NCBI GenBank assembly: GCA_963806535.1 | Contig: CAWDYC010000003.1 | Location: forward strand, 256,001-320,000 | Length of the DNA stretch: 64,000 bases | Direction: 5' to 3' | Source of the DNA: Candidatus Bathyarchaeota archaeon | GTDB lineage: Archaea; Thermoproteota; Bathyarchaeia; Bathyarchaeales; Bathycorpusculaceae | Part shown: positions 63,847 through 64,000 of the stretch, piece after piece | Numbering within the stretch: position 1 is the first letter of the stretch | Layout of the letters: each line of letters opens with the position of its first letter | Notes under the pieces: model-generated | What the model saw: the letters and a program-made list of their open reading frames with translations, nothing else | Databases searched by the model: none | Told to the model about the DNA's origin: nothing | Made by a program: the position numbers and the translations under genes

Positions 63847-64000
63847 ATGAAACTTGCAGTTTTTGTTTACGAGTATCCACCTAAAATTGTTGGTGGATTA
63901 GGAACTTACGCCGCCGAGATAACAAGAAAGTTCGTTTTAGAAGATCATGATGTAACAGTCTTTACTATGAATGATGACGCGGGTTCTTTGCCAACCAGAG
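63847..64000 (+). CDS. Glycosyltransferase family 4 (partial)
   Basis: EYPPKIVGGLG..HDVTVF. Confidence 0.85.
   Translation, partial: MKLAVFVYEYPPKIVGGLGTYAAEITRKFVLEDHDVTVFTMNDDAGSLPTR

Overview
Archaeal chromosome segment, most likely Bathyarchaeia/TACK (inferred from TFE-beta, the KEOPS-rps15 cluster, Sulfolobus-type Zn-ferredoxin and PEF-type C-terminal anchors). Many single-base frameshifts in conserved genes point to uncorrected long-read indels. Layout: (1) housekeeping genes (ogt, psmB, nadC, rlmE, tfeB, kae1-bud32-rdgB, rps15, DHH nuclease, pcc1), interrupted by a ~6.2 kb tyrosine-integrase element (6764-12938) with reconstructable att sites, Zn-finger genes, an FtsK/HerA-type ATPase, long hairpin tracts and a 333-nt C-free stretch; (2) a ~24 kb redox/metal/stress block ending in five KGG/Em-like genes, three of which share a promoter motif; (3) an orphan terminase small/large pair heading a repeated [toxin-antitoxin <- palindromic site -> PEF-anchored surface gene -> ~120-135 bp repeat] array; (4) tRNA-Arg(CCG) and sugar-phosphate genes. 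The top candidate for a new system is a DNA hairpin inside the terS-like gene (48673-48717) that recurs at 40/45 nt identity as one unit of a three-hairpin intergenic array 30 kb away (18170-18320). All alignments and counts were done by eye.
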